Made by a program: the position numbers and the translations under genes. The notes under the pieces are model-generated. The model was given only the letters and a program-made list of their open reading frames with translations, made no database searches and had not been told where the DNA came from. From the IMG/VR virus record IMGVR_UViG_3300047494_000263, positions 1-64,000 of that record: a stretch of 64,000 nucleotides of DNA, one strand, 5' to 3'. This document shows positions 16,171 to 24,305 of this stretch, one piece after another (position 1 is the stretch's first letter; each line of letters opens with the position of its first letter). The stretch is from a virus.

Positions 16171-16377
16171 ATGTCCAGCAAGTCTGCGGGAGGGTCGGTG
16201 GCCAGTGAGGCTGTTATTGAGCGCTCGTCGGGTGAGCGGGCCGAAATGCTCGAGTCGTTCTCCAACGTCGCTTCGGTCCTTGTGGTCGTTACGCTCATCA
16301 GCTATGGAGTGAGGCTCGCCGAAGGCTTTGACCCGGTAAGCCCACTTATCTACATGTTTCACGCCTACATTCGGTAA
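16171..16377 (+). CDS. small membrane protein
   Basis: AAGGAG RBS; TAATG coupling to next gene. Confidence 0.55.
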   Translation: MSSKSAGGSVASEAVIERSSGERAEMLESFSNVASVLVVVTLISYGVRLAEGFDPVSPLIYMFHAYIR

Positions 16378-16826
16378 TGGAAAACTTTGATCAAGAGGCG
16401 CTCGTTTTCCACGTCACGCTCAGGGAAAACCTTGATTCAGTTCGTCTTCATGGTTTGATCCCCCATCTGGGTGATCGTGCCGGACTGGCCGGTGAAAGTG
16501 CTCCAAGCGTGTTTCTCTATCCGACTCGAGAAGATCTCGATCGCGACATGCTCAAGGCCTTCGGTCAGCATTTTTCTCCGGAAGCCGATCTAGTATTTCT
16601 CGAAATCGCCATTCCTGACGGCTTGATGACGCTTGAGGATGAGCGAGACGGTGTACAGATCTGGTCCGTCGTGGACACCATACCGTTTGAATGCGTTCGC
16701 GAGATCTACGATCAAACGTGGATGCCTGACTCATTTGATACCCCAGCGCCAGCGCCAATGCAGCACCCCTTGCCGCCTGTATTTGGCGTCGTCAGTGAAT
16801 TCGGCATCCAAGCGTTCAAACCGTAG
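16377..16826 (+). CDS. putative ADP-ribosyltransferase-fold (Tpt1/DarT-like) protein
   Basis: VFHVT..ENLDSVRLHGLIP, SVFL, FLEI, IPFECV pattern. Confidence 0.45.
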   Translation: MENFDQEALVFHVTLRENLDSVRLHGLIPHLGDRAGLAGESAPSVFLYPTREDLDRDMLKAFGQHFSPEADLVFLEIAIPDGLMTLEDERDGVQIWSVVDTIPFECVREIYDQTWMPDSFDTPAPAPMQHPLPPVFGVVSEFGIQAFKP

Positions 16827-16846
16827 CCACCTTTAGCTATCACATC

Positions 16847-17191
16847 ATGTTCTGGGACCTTGCCTCGCCGATCTGGTTCTGCATGATGAAGTACGCCACC
16901 ATGAAAGGTCGCGCTGACCGTGCCGAGTACTGGGCGTTCTCAACTTTCGTATTTGTCGTCACGCTGATTCTCGGCGAGATCAACTGGTTCCTCGCTCTGG
17001 TGTTCACGGTGGCCACACTGATGCCGTCCCTGGCGGTGTCCGTACGCCGGCTTCACGACACGAATCGGAGCGGATGGCTCCTGCTGCTGTTCATCGTTCC
17101 GTTCGTCAACCTGGTCCTGCTGCTCTTCCTGGCCCAGCGCAGTGTGGATCCGAACTCATTTGGTCGGCGTCCCAGGCCGATGGAGTATTGA
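16847..17191 (+). CDS. DUF805 (YhaH/YhaI-like) membrane protein
   Basis: GRADRAEYW and AVSVRRLHDTNRSGW signatures. Confidence 0.92.
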   Translation: MFWDLASPIWFCMMKYATMKGRADRAEYWAFSTFVFVVTLILGEINWFLALVFTVATLMPSLAVSVRRLHDTNRSGWLLLLFIVPFVNLVLLLFLAQRSVDPNSFGRRPRPMEY

Positions 17192-17277
17192 ATGCTCCGA
17201 CTCATCGCTCCGACGGCCGGGCTGCGCCCCCTCCGCGGCGAGCTTTCTTAGAGCCGACGCGACTCGCCGCCTAGATC

Positions 17278-17718
17278 ATGGAACTGCCACCATCGATTCT
17301 GCAGGGCATTGCTGCCTTGGAGGAGTTGGTTGCGTGCCACGACCTGAAGAAACGCTCCGCGCGCGCCATGGCGCCAGAGAGAGGGCGCGCCAATCCAGAG
17401 TTGTCCCAGCGCCTCGATCGCGAGCTGAGGCGGCGCGGACCATTGGCCTGGAATGACGCGCGCGATGCGCTCGCCGCGCTCAGGAAGGCGGACGTCTTGG
17501 ATGTCGAGCCTAAACCGGAAGACGGAGCGGTTGCCATGTGCCTGTCGTGTGTGGCCTGTTTCAAGGTCGCCGGGGTGAGACCGTTGCGTGCGCCTCTCTG
17601 TGCGGTGTGCAAGAGCGCAGGATGTCCGCGCGCAAGAGACCATCGATACGCATGTACAGGGGACGAAAAAAGCACACCCCACGGATTGTCGCGCACATGG
17701 CCTGATAACGAGGCGTAA
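17278..17718 (+). CDS. hypothetical protein with C-terminal Cys/His metal-binding motif
   Basis: CLSCVAC...CAVCKSAGCPRARDHRYAC. Confidence 0.55.
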   Translation: MELPPSILQGIAALEELVACHDLKKRSARAMAPERGRANPELSQRLDRELRRRGPLAWNDARDALAALRKADVLDVEPKPEDGAVAMCLSCVACFKVAGVRPLRAPLCAVCKSAGCPRARDHRYACTGDEKSTPHGLSRTWPDNEA

Positions 17719-17749
17719 CCCCTGGGCCGGAGTGCCTAGACGGCAACCG

Positions 17750-18235
17750 TCAAAGGTACTCGTTCAGAAAGTCGGCGTGCAGCGAAAAACAGAGCTCGAG
17801 AGTTGGCTCCCACATTAGGATTTCGCTGACTTCTTCATTGGGTGCGAACATTTTCAGAGCGTCCTCAAACCTCATGGGATTGGTGTCCAAGCGGTGCTGC
17901 AAGAACAGGAGCAACTGGTTGCGCGGGGTGATCTTGGAGCATACAAGCCGCCAGTTCGAGGGGTCGGTCAGAATTCCACACTCTTCGTGGAATTCCCTTG
18001 CAACCGCGATCTCGGCCGTCTCTCCCTCGTTGACAAAGCCACCAGGAAGGGCGATCCCACCTATTGGGGCATTCGCCCGCCTGATCATAAGCGGCGATAT
18101 GCGGCTAGGTCGCCCGGACTCCTGCTCAGCATTCCCTTCGACAGGGAATGCGCCCACGGCGACTGGAATTGGATTTCTCCAATCGGTGATAGTGGCCTTT
18201 GGCTCCAGGATATGGCGGGGAACGTCGTCAAGCAT
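17750..18235 (-). CDS. Nudix hydrolase
   Basis: ALPGGFVNEGETAEIAVAREFHEECG Nudix box; WRNPIPVAV. Confidence 0.9.
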   Translation of the reverse strand: MLDDVPRHILEPKATITDWRNPIPVAVGAFPVEGNAEQESGRPSRISPLMIRRANAPIGGIALPGGFVNEGETAEIAVAREFHEECGILTDPSNWRLVCSKITPRNQLLLFLQHRLDTNPMRFEDALKMFAPNEEVSEILMWEPTLELCFSLHADFLNEYL

Positions 18236-18494
18236 GTTGCTGCCTTTTTGAGAAGTCTGCCGTAATTTGTCGTTCGACTGATCTGCGAGAGTTCCCGTAG
18301 TACCTCGTAGCCCGGCGCAATGTCTTCTTGCCGCAGAATCGGCAGACGCAATCTTCAACGGCGCTCCACTGGCCATTGGGCTTGGCGTCGTGCCCATTCA
18401 CGGCGTAAGGCACTGTCCACGTGACTATCCAGCTATGCCGCTGGTGTCCAGTGGCGCAGGCGCCATTTCCAAATCCGCGGGGTGGCGCAGTCAT
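18228..18494 (-). CDS. small hypothetical protein (CxxC)
   Basis: Fills the operon gap and overlaps the Nudix start by 8 nt. Confidence 0.45.
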   Translation of the reverse strand: MTAPPRGFGNGACATGHQRHSWIVTWTVPYAVNGHDAKPNGQWSAVEDCVCRFCGKKTLRRATRYYGNSRRSVERQITADFSKRQQHA

Positions 18495-18509
18495 TCGTGG
18501 TTCTAGCGC

Positions 18510-18989
18510 CTAGCCTTGCGCGTTATCCATGGCGGCCGTGAGCACCCAAGGAGACACCAGCGCCGCTGCAGCGACGGCCGTGCCGAGAAACATTGAGAGA
18601 CACGCGATAACCTGGTACCCATTGAATTCATCGAGTCGAGCCAGGAAAAGCATTGCGGCTGTCTCGCATGCGAAGAGCACAATCCAGCCGAAGAATCGTA
18701 CGAGCAGCAGCGTGACGGCCAATTGGGAAGAGTCAGCGCGTCGCATAACAACCGACATGACGTGCGCCCAACAGACGGCGGCGAACGCCAAGCAGTAGAC
18801 GGTAACGAAACCCCAGAAATGCCCCCCTAGGCTAAGAATTGTCATGATCACGGCCCCTATCGCGTCGGCGTTTTCGAAGACAATTGCGAGTAATCCCACA
18901 GCGGCCATCGCAGCAAGTGTGATCGAGCCCGCATAGAGTGCGCATTTGCGCGCCACCGTGCGCAAGCGATAGCGATCAGAGGGGTCCAT
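18510..18989 (-). CDS. four-TM membrane protein
   Basis: Four hydrophobic segments; GGAG RBS. Confidence 0.65.
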   Translation of the reverse strand: MDPSDRYRLRTVARKCALYAGSITLAAMAAVGLLAIVFENADAIGAVIMTILSLGGHFWGFVTVYCLAFAAVCWAHVMSVVMRRADSSQLAVTLLLVRFFGWIVLFACETAAMLFLARLDEFNGYQVIACLSMFLGTAVAAAALVSPWVLTAAMDNAQG

Positions 18990-19473
18990 TTAATTCTCCA
19001 GAGTGTGCGATTGGGATAGCCGTTCCATTGCAAAAGCTTGTTGCTGAGCACCAGACTTTCCAAGCGGAGTATACGAAAGCGTTGTAAGGATAAGCGAACT
19101 CGCCGAGATCGTCGTGAACCTTAGGGCCGTCGATCGTCCACACGATCTTGCAACCCTCTGGAATTCGCATCGTAAGCGAGAAGGCGTCTCGCTCATCTTG
19201 TTGGACGAAGGCGCCTCTACTGGCCATGAGTTGGCCTTCCTTCGTGATCATGTAGAGGAACCGCCTGCCCGAGCCATCCCTATACGCTTTGGCAGCAAAC
19301 CCCTGTCGCACGAGCGCACTCAGATTTTTCGTCTTCTCTTTGACGCTTGGAAGATCCTGAGAGGACAGTCCCTGACAAAGATGTTCGTCGAGGCTCGCGA
19401 CAGCCAGGCAGTCGAGCAAGGTTTGTTGCTCACCTGCCGACAGCATTTGCTGGATCGATCGGAACATCTTCAC
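18976..19473 (-). CDS. hypothetical protein
   Basis: GTGA overlap with upstream gene; operonic. Confidence 0.6.
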   Translation of the reverse strand: MKMFRSIQQMLSAGEQQTLLDCLAVASLDEHLCQGLSSQDLPSVKEKTKNLSALVRQGFAAKAYRDGSGRRFLYMITKEGQLMASRGAFVQQDERDAFSLTMRIPEGCKIVWTIDGPKVHDDLGEFAYPYNAFVYSAWKVWCSATSFCNGTAIPIAHSGELNGPL

Positions 19474-20606
19474 GCCGCGACCCTTAGTAAAGAGGCGGCT
19501 TCGCTCACCGTCAGGTTGTTGAGGATCGTCACGCCACGCGTTTTCTTCAAAATGGCAGCGCGGTTTTCAGGAGTGACAGGAAGTTCCGTGCCCCAGCGCC
19601 GGATACGACCCGCGGCCGTGATACCAACGAAGCAATTACCCTTGAGGATGCGGCACGCCTCCTCGTGACAGAAGTGGTCGCGCGCCATGCTACGCAAGTG
19701 GGATTGCATTGAAGGAAAGGCGCCGGCCGTATCCGCGGGCGTCGAGCGATCGCCGAGATAGGCCTCGTAAAAGTCGTTCAAAGACCGATGAAACTTCGCC
19801 TCTTCGGGGGTGCCCTTGGCTAGATAGGAGTTGCCAGAGCCATAGATCGCCATCGGAACCTTTTTCCGATTTGAATCAACCCAGGAAAGCATCACGGCTC
19901 CACGGCCCGCGTCTAGTATCGTGGCGACCTGCCTGCCATCCCGATATAGATTGGCTCGGTAACCCAAATTTATGTCATTTCCTCTCGTTGGTGTCAGATC
20001 GGCCACCGTATAGTGGGGCTGCGGCGTCCGTGTGCCAAAGCTGCCGGGGAATGCCTTGGCGAGCTTGTTGAACAGGTCTGCAGGTGTCCCGTCATTGTTG
20101 AGCGCCAAGTCAACCTTGACCCGGCCCATGAGCGTCTCGCTGATGTGGTTAGGGAATTTTGACTTCGGTCCATTTGGCCGCCTGACTCGGACCACCGTGG
20201 CCCCAAGAATGCGCACGGCTTGCAACTCGTTTGGGAACCGAACGTCGTCACAGACGACGTTGTGGCCCGCGGCCAGGTGCTTCTTGACAGTAGCGAGCCA
20301 GACGTTGGCCCAAAGGTCCGGGTGAATGGTGTCTCGGCCCCAATCGGTGCCAAGTGACCGCTGCGCATGACGTGAGGTCTGTCCGCCCAGGATCTCGAGC
20401 GGCACCTCCTTCTCATCGCCGTCGACCTGAGCATCCGTCAAACCAAGGACTTTGAGCATCTCCTTGACCGGACCACCGAACCGGACGCGCTTCCAACCAC
20501 GCGCTTCCAGCTGCTTGGCCAGGGTGGTTTTTCCCGCGAAGGCCTTGCCGAGTATCCCAATTACCGCCGGTCGGGCGGGAGGCGAATCCGAGTCTTTCAG
20601 AGCCAT
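19470..20606 (-). CDS. phage-type deoxynucleoside monophosphate kinase fused to an unknown C-terminal domain
   Basis: VIGILGKAFAGKTT, R..Q.LGTDWGR, VVCDDVRFPNE, HISE. Confidence 0.85.
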   Translation of the reverse strand: MALKDSDSPPARPAVIGILGKAFAGKTTLAKQLEARGWKRVRFGGPVKEMLKVLGLTDAQVDGDEKEVPLEILGGQTSRHAQRSLGTDWGRDTIHPDLWANVWLATVKKHLAAGHNVVCDDVRFPNELQAVRILGATVVRVRRPNGPKSKFPNHISETLMGRVKVDLALNNDGTPADLFNKLAKAFPGSFGTRTPQPHYTVADLTPTRGNDINLGYRANLYRDGRQVATILDAGRGAVMLSWVDSNRKKVPMAIYGSGNSYLAKGTPEEAKFHRSLNDFYEAYLGDRSTPADTAGAFPSMQSHLRSMARDHFCHEEACRILKGNCFVGITAAGRIRRWGTELPVTPENRAAILKKTRGVTILNNLTVSEAASLLRVAA

Positions 20607-20776
20607 TGCACATCCTGTCCGTTTGATCGAAAACAAGATATCTAATGCACGCCTGGAGTTCAAGTGGTCTTAATGGTGCTCTGTGCTGCCGGTTTCCTGT
20701 TTTCATTAAACAATCGAAGGGCTCCCATTTATACTTATCGTTTGATGACCGCGCAGAGCGCGCTGACGGACGCTTG

Positions 20777-22501
20777 ATGACGGATTCCTCAGATAACAGC
20801 TTGAAACTCGGGCAACAGAGCACCACGCCTGACGAAACCACACCAGAAGGACGGGAAGCAGCCCTCGCATTGATGTTTGACGAGCTGAGGGCTGCCGTGG
20901 AGGAGGAACGGCAAAGGCCGCCGCCAGACATTTTCGGGCTTCAGTTCGGGACACTCGACAACTTTTGCGACCCGCGCTGCAAGGAAACGTTGGTCCCAAG
21001 CCAGTTCAAGACGGCGTACTCTAGGCGCATTAAGAACCCGACATCCGCGTTCGTAAGGGAGATTCGAGATGCCCTTGATGGCCTAACGTTTACGGCTCTC
21101 CGCGATGACACATCAGCGCGGCCTCGCATGGCCTCGCACTTCCTTGACATCGCGATGCGAATGAATCGGGACTACTGTCTACGTCCCCTGGAGCCTTTTC
21201 TCTACGCGTGGTTTCGTCTGGCGATGCTGATGGGCGAGCCGGATGCGATGATTGCCTGGAGCTTATGGTTTTTCAATCGGCTTCCCCACGAATTTCAAAG
21301 AGGAGACGATGGCATTGGCAAAGAAAAACTTGAGGGAATGGTTAGGGCTACGATCAACAGCATCTGTACCGAAGCAACGATCCGAATTGATCGTTACGCC
21401 CCCGATGACCATGATTTGCGTAGGCGCTTGGCCAGGCTCCTCGCCTGCCTCAATGCTGCGCGGGCGGCTTTTAAGGATCATCCCGCGTGCGCCCCTGATC
21501 AATCGCATCTTGAGCGCATTATTGCGACCTCCCGCTCTCTAGTCGATCTCTGCGAGTACCACGCGGTCCTACACCCCTTCCTGTTCGAGCATGTCCGCCT
21601 TGCGCGTAGCGAGCTGCCACCGCCTCCCGATAGAAGTTTCCTGGTGTGCAGCGGTGACTTGTCCTTTAAGAAGGATGAGCAGCACCTCAAGCGGTTCGAA
21701 GCCCTTAACTCGGAGCTGAATTTGATTCCGTTGAAGGACCTGGAGGCGCGCGAATCGCAACTGATTAGTGAATTTCCGTGGCATGAGCAAGTTATCCGAG
21801 ACATGAGCCGCGATCTGTATATCACCGCGCATTACGGAAGGAGCATCTTTCGATTGCGACCACAGTTGCTGCTGGGGCCGACTGGCTCGGGAAAGAGCCG
21901 CCTTGCTATGCGGTTCGCACAGGTATTTGAAGTGCCATATCGGCTCTTGCCACTGGGGGGAGCGACGGACAACAGGGCGCTCGCCGGCACGGCACGGGGC
22001 TGGAGCAGCGCGACGCCCAGCCTGATATTGCATGCGATGGTCGAGGGATGTTGCGCGAACCCACTGATCGTCCTGGATGAGATCGACAAGAGCGGGAACA
22101 CAGGAATAAACGGCCGGGCCTGGGATACGTTGCTGGCCATGACTGAACGTCAAACCAGTAGAGAGTGGTTTGACGAATGCCTTGAGGCCAATTGCGATCT
22201 GTCGGCCGTGTCATTCATTGGCACAGCCAACGAAGTGGGTTTGATTCCGAACACCCTGCTCGGTCGTTTCCAACTTCACGTCTGTAAGAACCCCACGCCT
22301 GAACATTTGCCCGTCCTCATGAGAGGCATCAAAGACGACATTGCTGCGGATTTCTCCCTAAATCCTCACTGGTTGGATGGCATCCAAGTGCCTGAGTCGT
22401 GGTCGACTGCAGAAAAGCTTCCGCCGGTCCGGCAAATTAAGGCCTATGTCGAAGACGAGTTGGCAAAACAGGCGCGTGCGTCACCACCCGCACGTGACTA
22501 A
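20777..22501 (+). CDS. Lon-like AAA+ ATPase without protease domain
   Basis: LLLGPTGSGKS, GTARGWSSATPS, NPLIVLDEIDK, DLSAVSFIGTAN, LLGRF. Confidence 0.85.
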   Translation: MTDSSDNSLKLGQQSTTPDETTPEGREAALALMFDELRAAVEEERQRPPPDIFGLQFGTLDNFCDPRCKETLVPSQFKTAYSRRIKNPTSAFVREIRDALDGLTFTALRDDTSARPRMASHFLDIAMRMNRDYCLRPLEPFLYAWFRLAMLMGEPDAMIAWSLWFFNRLPHEFQRGDDGIGKEKLEGMVRATINSICTEATIRIDRYAPDDHDLRRRLARLLACLNAARAAFKDHPACAPDQSHLERIIATSRSLVDLCEYHAVLHPFLFEHVRLARSELPPPPDRSFLVCSGDLSFKKDEQHLKRFEALNSELNLIPLKDLEARESQLISEFPWHEQVIRDMSRDLYITAHYGRSIFRLRPQLLLGPTGSGKSRLAMRFAQVFEVPYRLLPLGGATDNRALAGTARGWSSATPSLILHAMVEGCCANPLIVLDEIDKSGNTGINGRAWDTLLAMTERQTSREWFDECLEANCDLSAVSFIGTANEVGLIPNTLLGRFQLHVCKNPTPEHLPVLMRGIKDDIAADFSLNPHWLDGIQVPESWSTAEKLPPVRQIKAYVEDELAKQARASPPARD

Positions 22502-22539
22502 GACACGGCAGGGCGGGACGGCAATAGGAGTATCGCTGG

Positions 22540-23280
22540 TCAATTGATCGCGGATTCCGTGCTCGGCGCCATTGGCGCGTCTGGCGCCGCCAACGCCAGA
22601 GTGGACTTGATGTTGTCGAGGGTGTTCTGAATCTCGTTTTGGCAGAGCAGACCGGCGAGGCGCTGATTCAGTTCAGCCATGCGCACCATTAGATCATCGA
22701 GGGCCGCGATGTTGGCCTGCGTTGCTGGAAGATAGGCGTAGCTGTAGCTCTCTGTATTGTCAGCGACCTCAAATCCGCCAAAGACGGACTTCACACCACT
22801 ACCCTCAACGCCACGGTCTTTGGCCGACGGGAACGGGACAATCTCCTCGCGATCGATGGTCCATGCTTTACCATCGGCCGTGACCAACCGCCTCAGGCGA
22901 CGGTACCTGACTTCGAACACATAGGACGTGTGCGCATTCCAGTTATCTGGAAGGCGAGGCGCACCTTTTGATTCGACTTCGACCCAAGTCTCCCAGTCGG
23001 CGGCCCGCATCTCGGCCTGAGTCTTCAGATCGTCGCGGACCTTTGCATAAAGCCGGGCAATATCCGTATCGGTGGCGCTGTATTTGATCTCGTCGCAAGC
23101 AGCCACGAAATAAAGATCGGCCCCTTTCTTCACCAAGGAAAGGACAACCTCGAGGCTTTTGTCGTTCAGCACATCTCTGAATGTCCATCGGTCGGTAATC
23201 TTCCCGCCGCGTCTGACGTCGGACTGGACAGTTAGCTTGCCCATCTCGGTGGTGAAATTATGCTTACGCGCGCGAGTCAT
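22540..23280 (-). CDS. hypothetical protein
   Basis: 246-aa ORF; GAGGTGG RBS; ATGA overlap. Confidence 0.7.
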   Translation of the reverse strand: MTRARKHNFTTEMGKLTVQSDVRRGGKITDRWTFRDVLNDKSLEVVLSLVKKGADLYFVAACDEIKYSATDTDIARLYAKVRDDLKTQAEMRAADWETWVEVESKGAPRLPDNWNAHTSYVFEVRYRRLRRLVTADGKAWTIDREEIVPFPSAKDRGVEGSGVKSVFGGFEVADNTESYSYAYLPATQANIAALDDLMVRMAELNQRLAGLLCQNEIQNTLDNIKSTLALAAPDAPMAPSTESAIN

Positions 23281-23444
23281 GCTGCCACCTCAACACCAGT
23301 GCCACCCAAAGATTCAGGCACGCAAGCGCTGCAGATCGGCGGATCTTGGGAATGCCACCAGCAACCGCCAGGACAGGCCCGGTCGTCCGTGCAGCCACAC
23401 TTGATACAGGTTTTGATGACGCGATACTCACTAATTTTATTCAT
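23277..23444 (-). CDS. small phage-type zinc-finger protein
   Basis: CIKCGCTDDRACPGGCWW...ICSAC. Confidence 0.65.
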   Translation of the reverse strand: MNKISEYRVIKTCIKCGCTDDRACPGGCWWHSQDPPICSACVPESLGGTGVEVAA

Positions 23445-23528
23445 AATGGTGTCCGCACCGTTCGACATTGTTTTTCTGACTGAAAAGACATAGCCCATCG
23501 TTGATCACGCATCAATAGCGAGCCAAGA

Positions 23529-23984
23529 ATGACGCCATCCCCGCGATCGCCCGAAGACAAGCTGACACACGTGTTTCGTGGAATGTTCGAACCCATCGAC
23601 AGTAAGGATTTACTGAGCGCGAACGCCGTCTTTTGGGTTTATGGGAAGGCAGCGCAACCGTATTTCATCTTGACCCTCGCGCTGATATGGCGGGACCACC
23701 CCCTTGATATACCCCTCGAGGGGGCTTTCAAGCTTGACATTGATCTAGCAGAACCGTCTCTCTGGGCGGAGCACAAAACACGCGGCACGTTCGGCGGCGA
23801 TCGAGACGTTTCTGTCGTTTTCAAAAACTTCAACCCCAGCGTGGATGGGAAGTCCGGCGCCATTCGGTTCAGCTACATCGAGCACACGGATCCCGATCGG
23901 TGGCTCATGGAGGGAACTGTCGAGTATCTGGTTCCAAGCGGAGCGCTACCCGAAAGCGCCGTCATCTCTCCAAACGTTTCATAA
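23529..23984 (+). CDS. hypothetical protein
   Basis: 151-aa ORF with no competing ORF. Confidence 0.55.
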   Translation: MTPSPRSPEDKLTHVFRGMFEPIDSKDLLSANAVFWVYGKAAQPYFILTLALIWRDHPLDIPLEGAFKLDIDLAEPSLWAEHKTRGTFGGDRDVSVVFKNFNPSVDGKSGAIRFSYIEHTDPDRWLMEGTVEYLVPSGALPESAVISPNVS

Positions 23985-24305
23985 CTGGTTGGATAGCCAA
24001 TTTAGGGGCAGCTAGGCAGACGCCCATGCTCCTCCAAAAGCAACGGCGAGTGATGGGACATTTTTGACCACGAGTCGTTCTTTTGCGGCCCGCTCAGGCG
24101 CCATAAGAGACTCGTGAATGACAGTGTCGTGACGGAAAGGCGGAGAAATCTACTCCGATCGGCACGCCGGACAAAGGCGCCATCCAAAATCAAGCGTTAC
24201 ACACAGGCAGATGTTGTGGAGATTTATTGCTGTTTCTCACACCAGATGGCATAGTGCCTTGCCTGTTGCGCACTCTTGCCTTCCGGCACTCCGCTGAGGA
24301 ACGGT

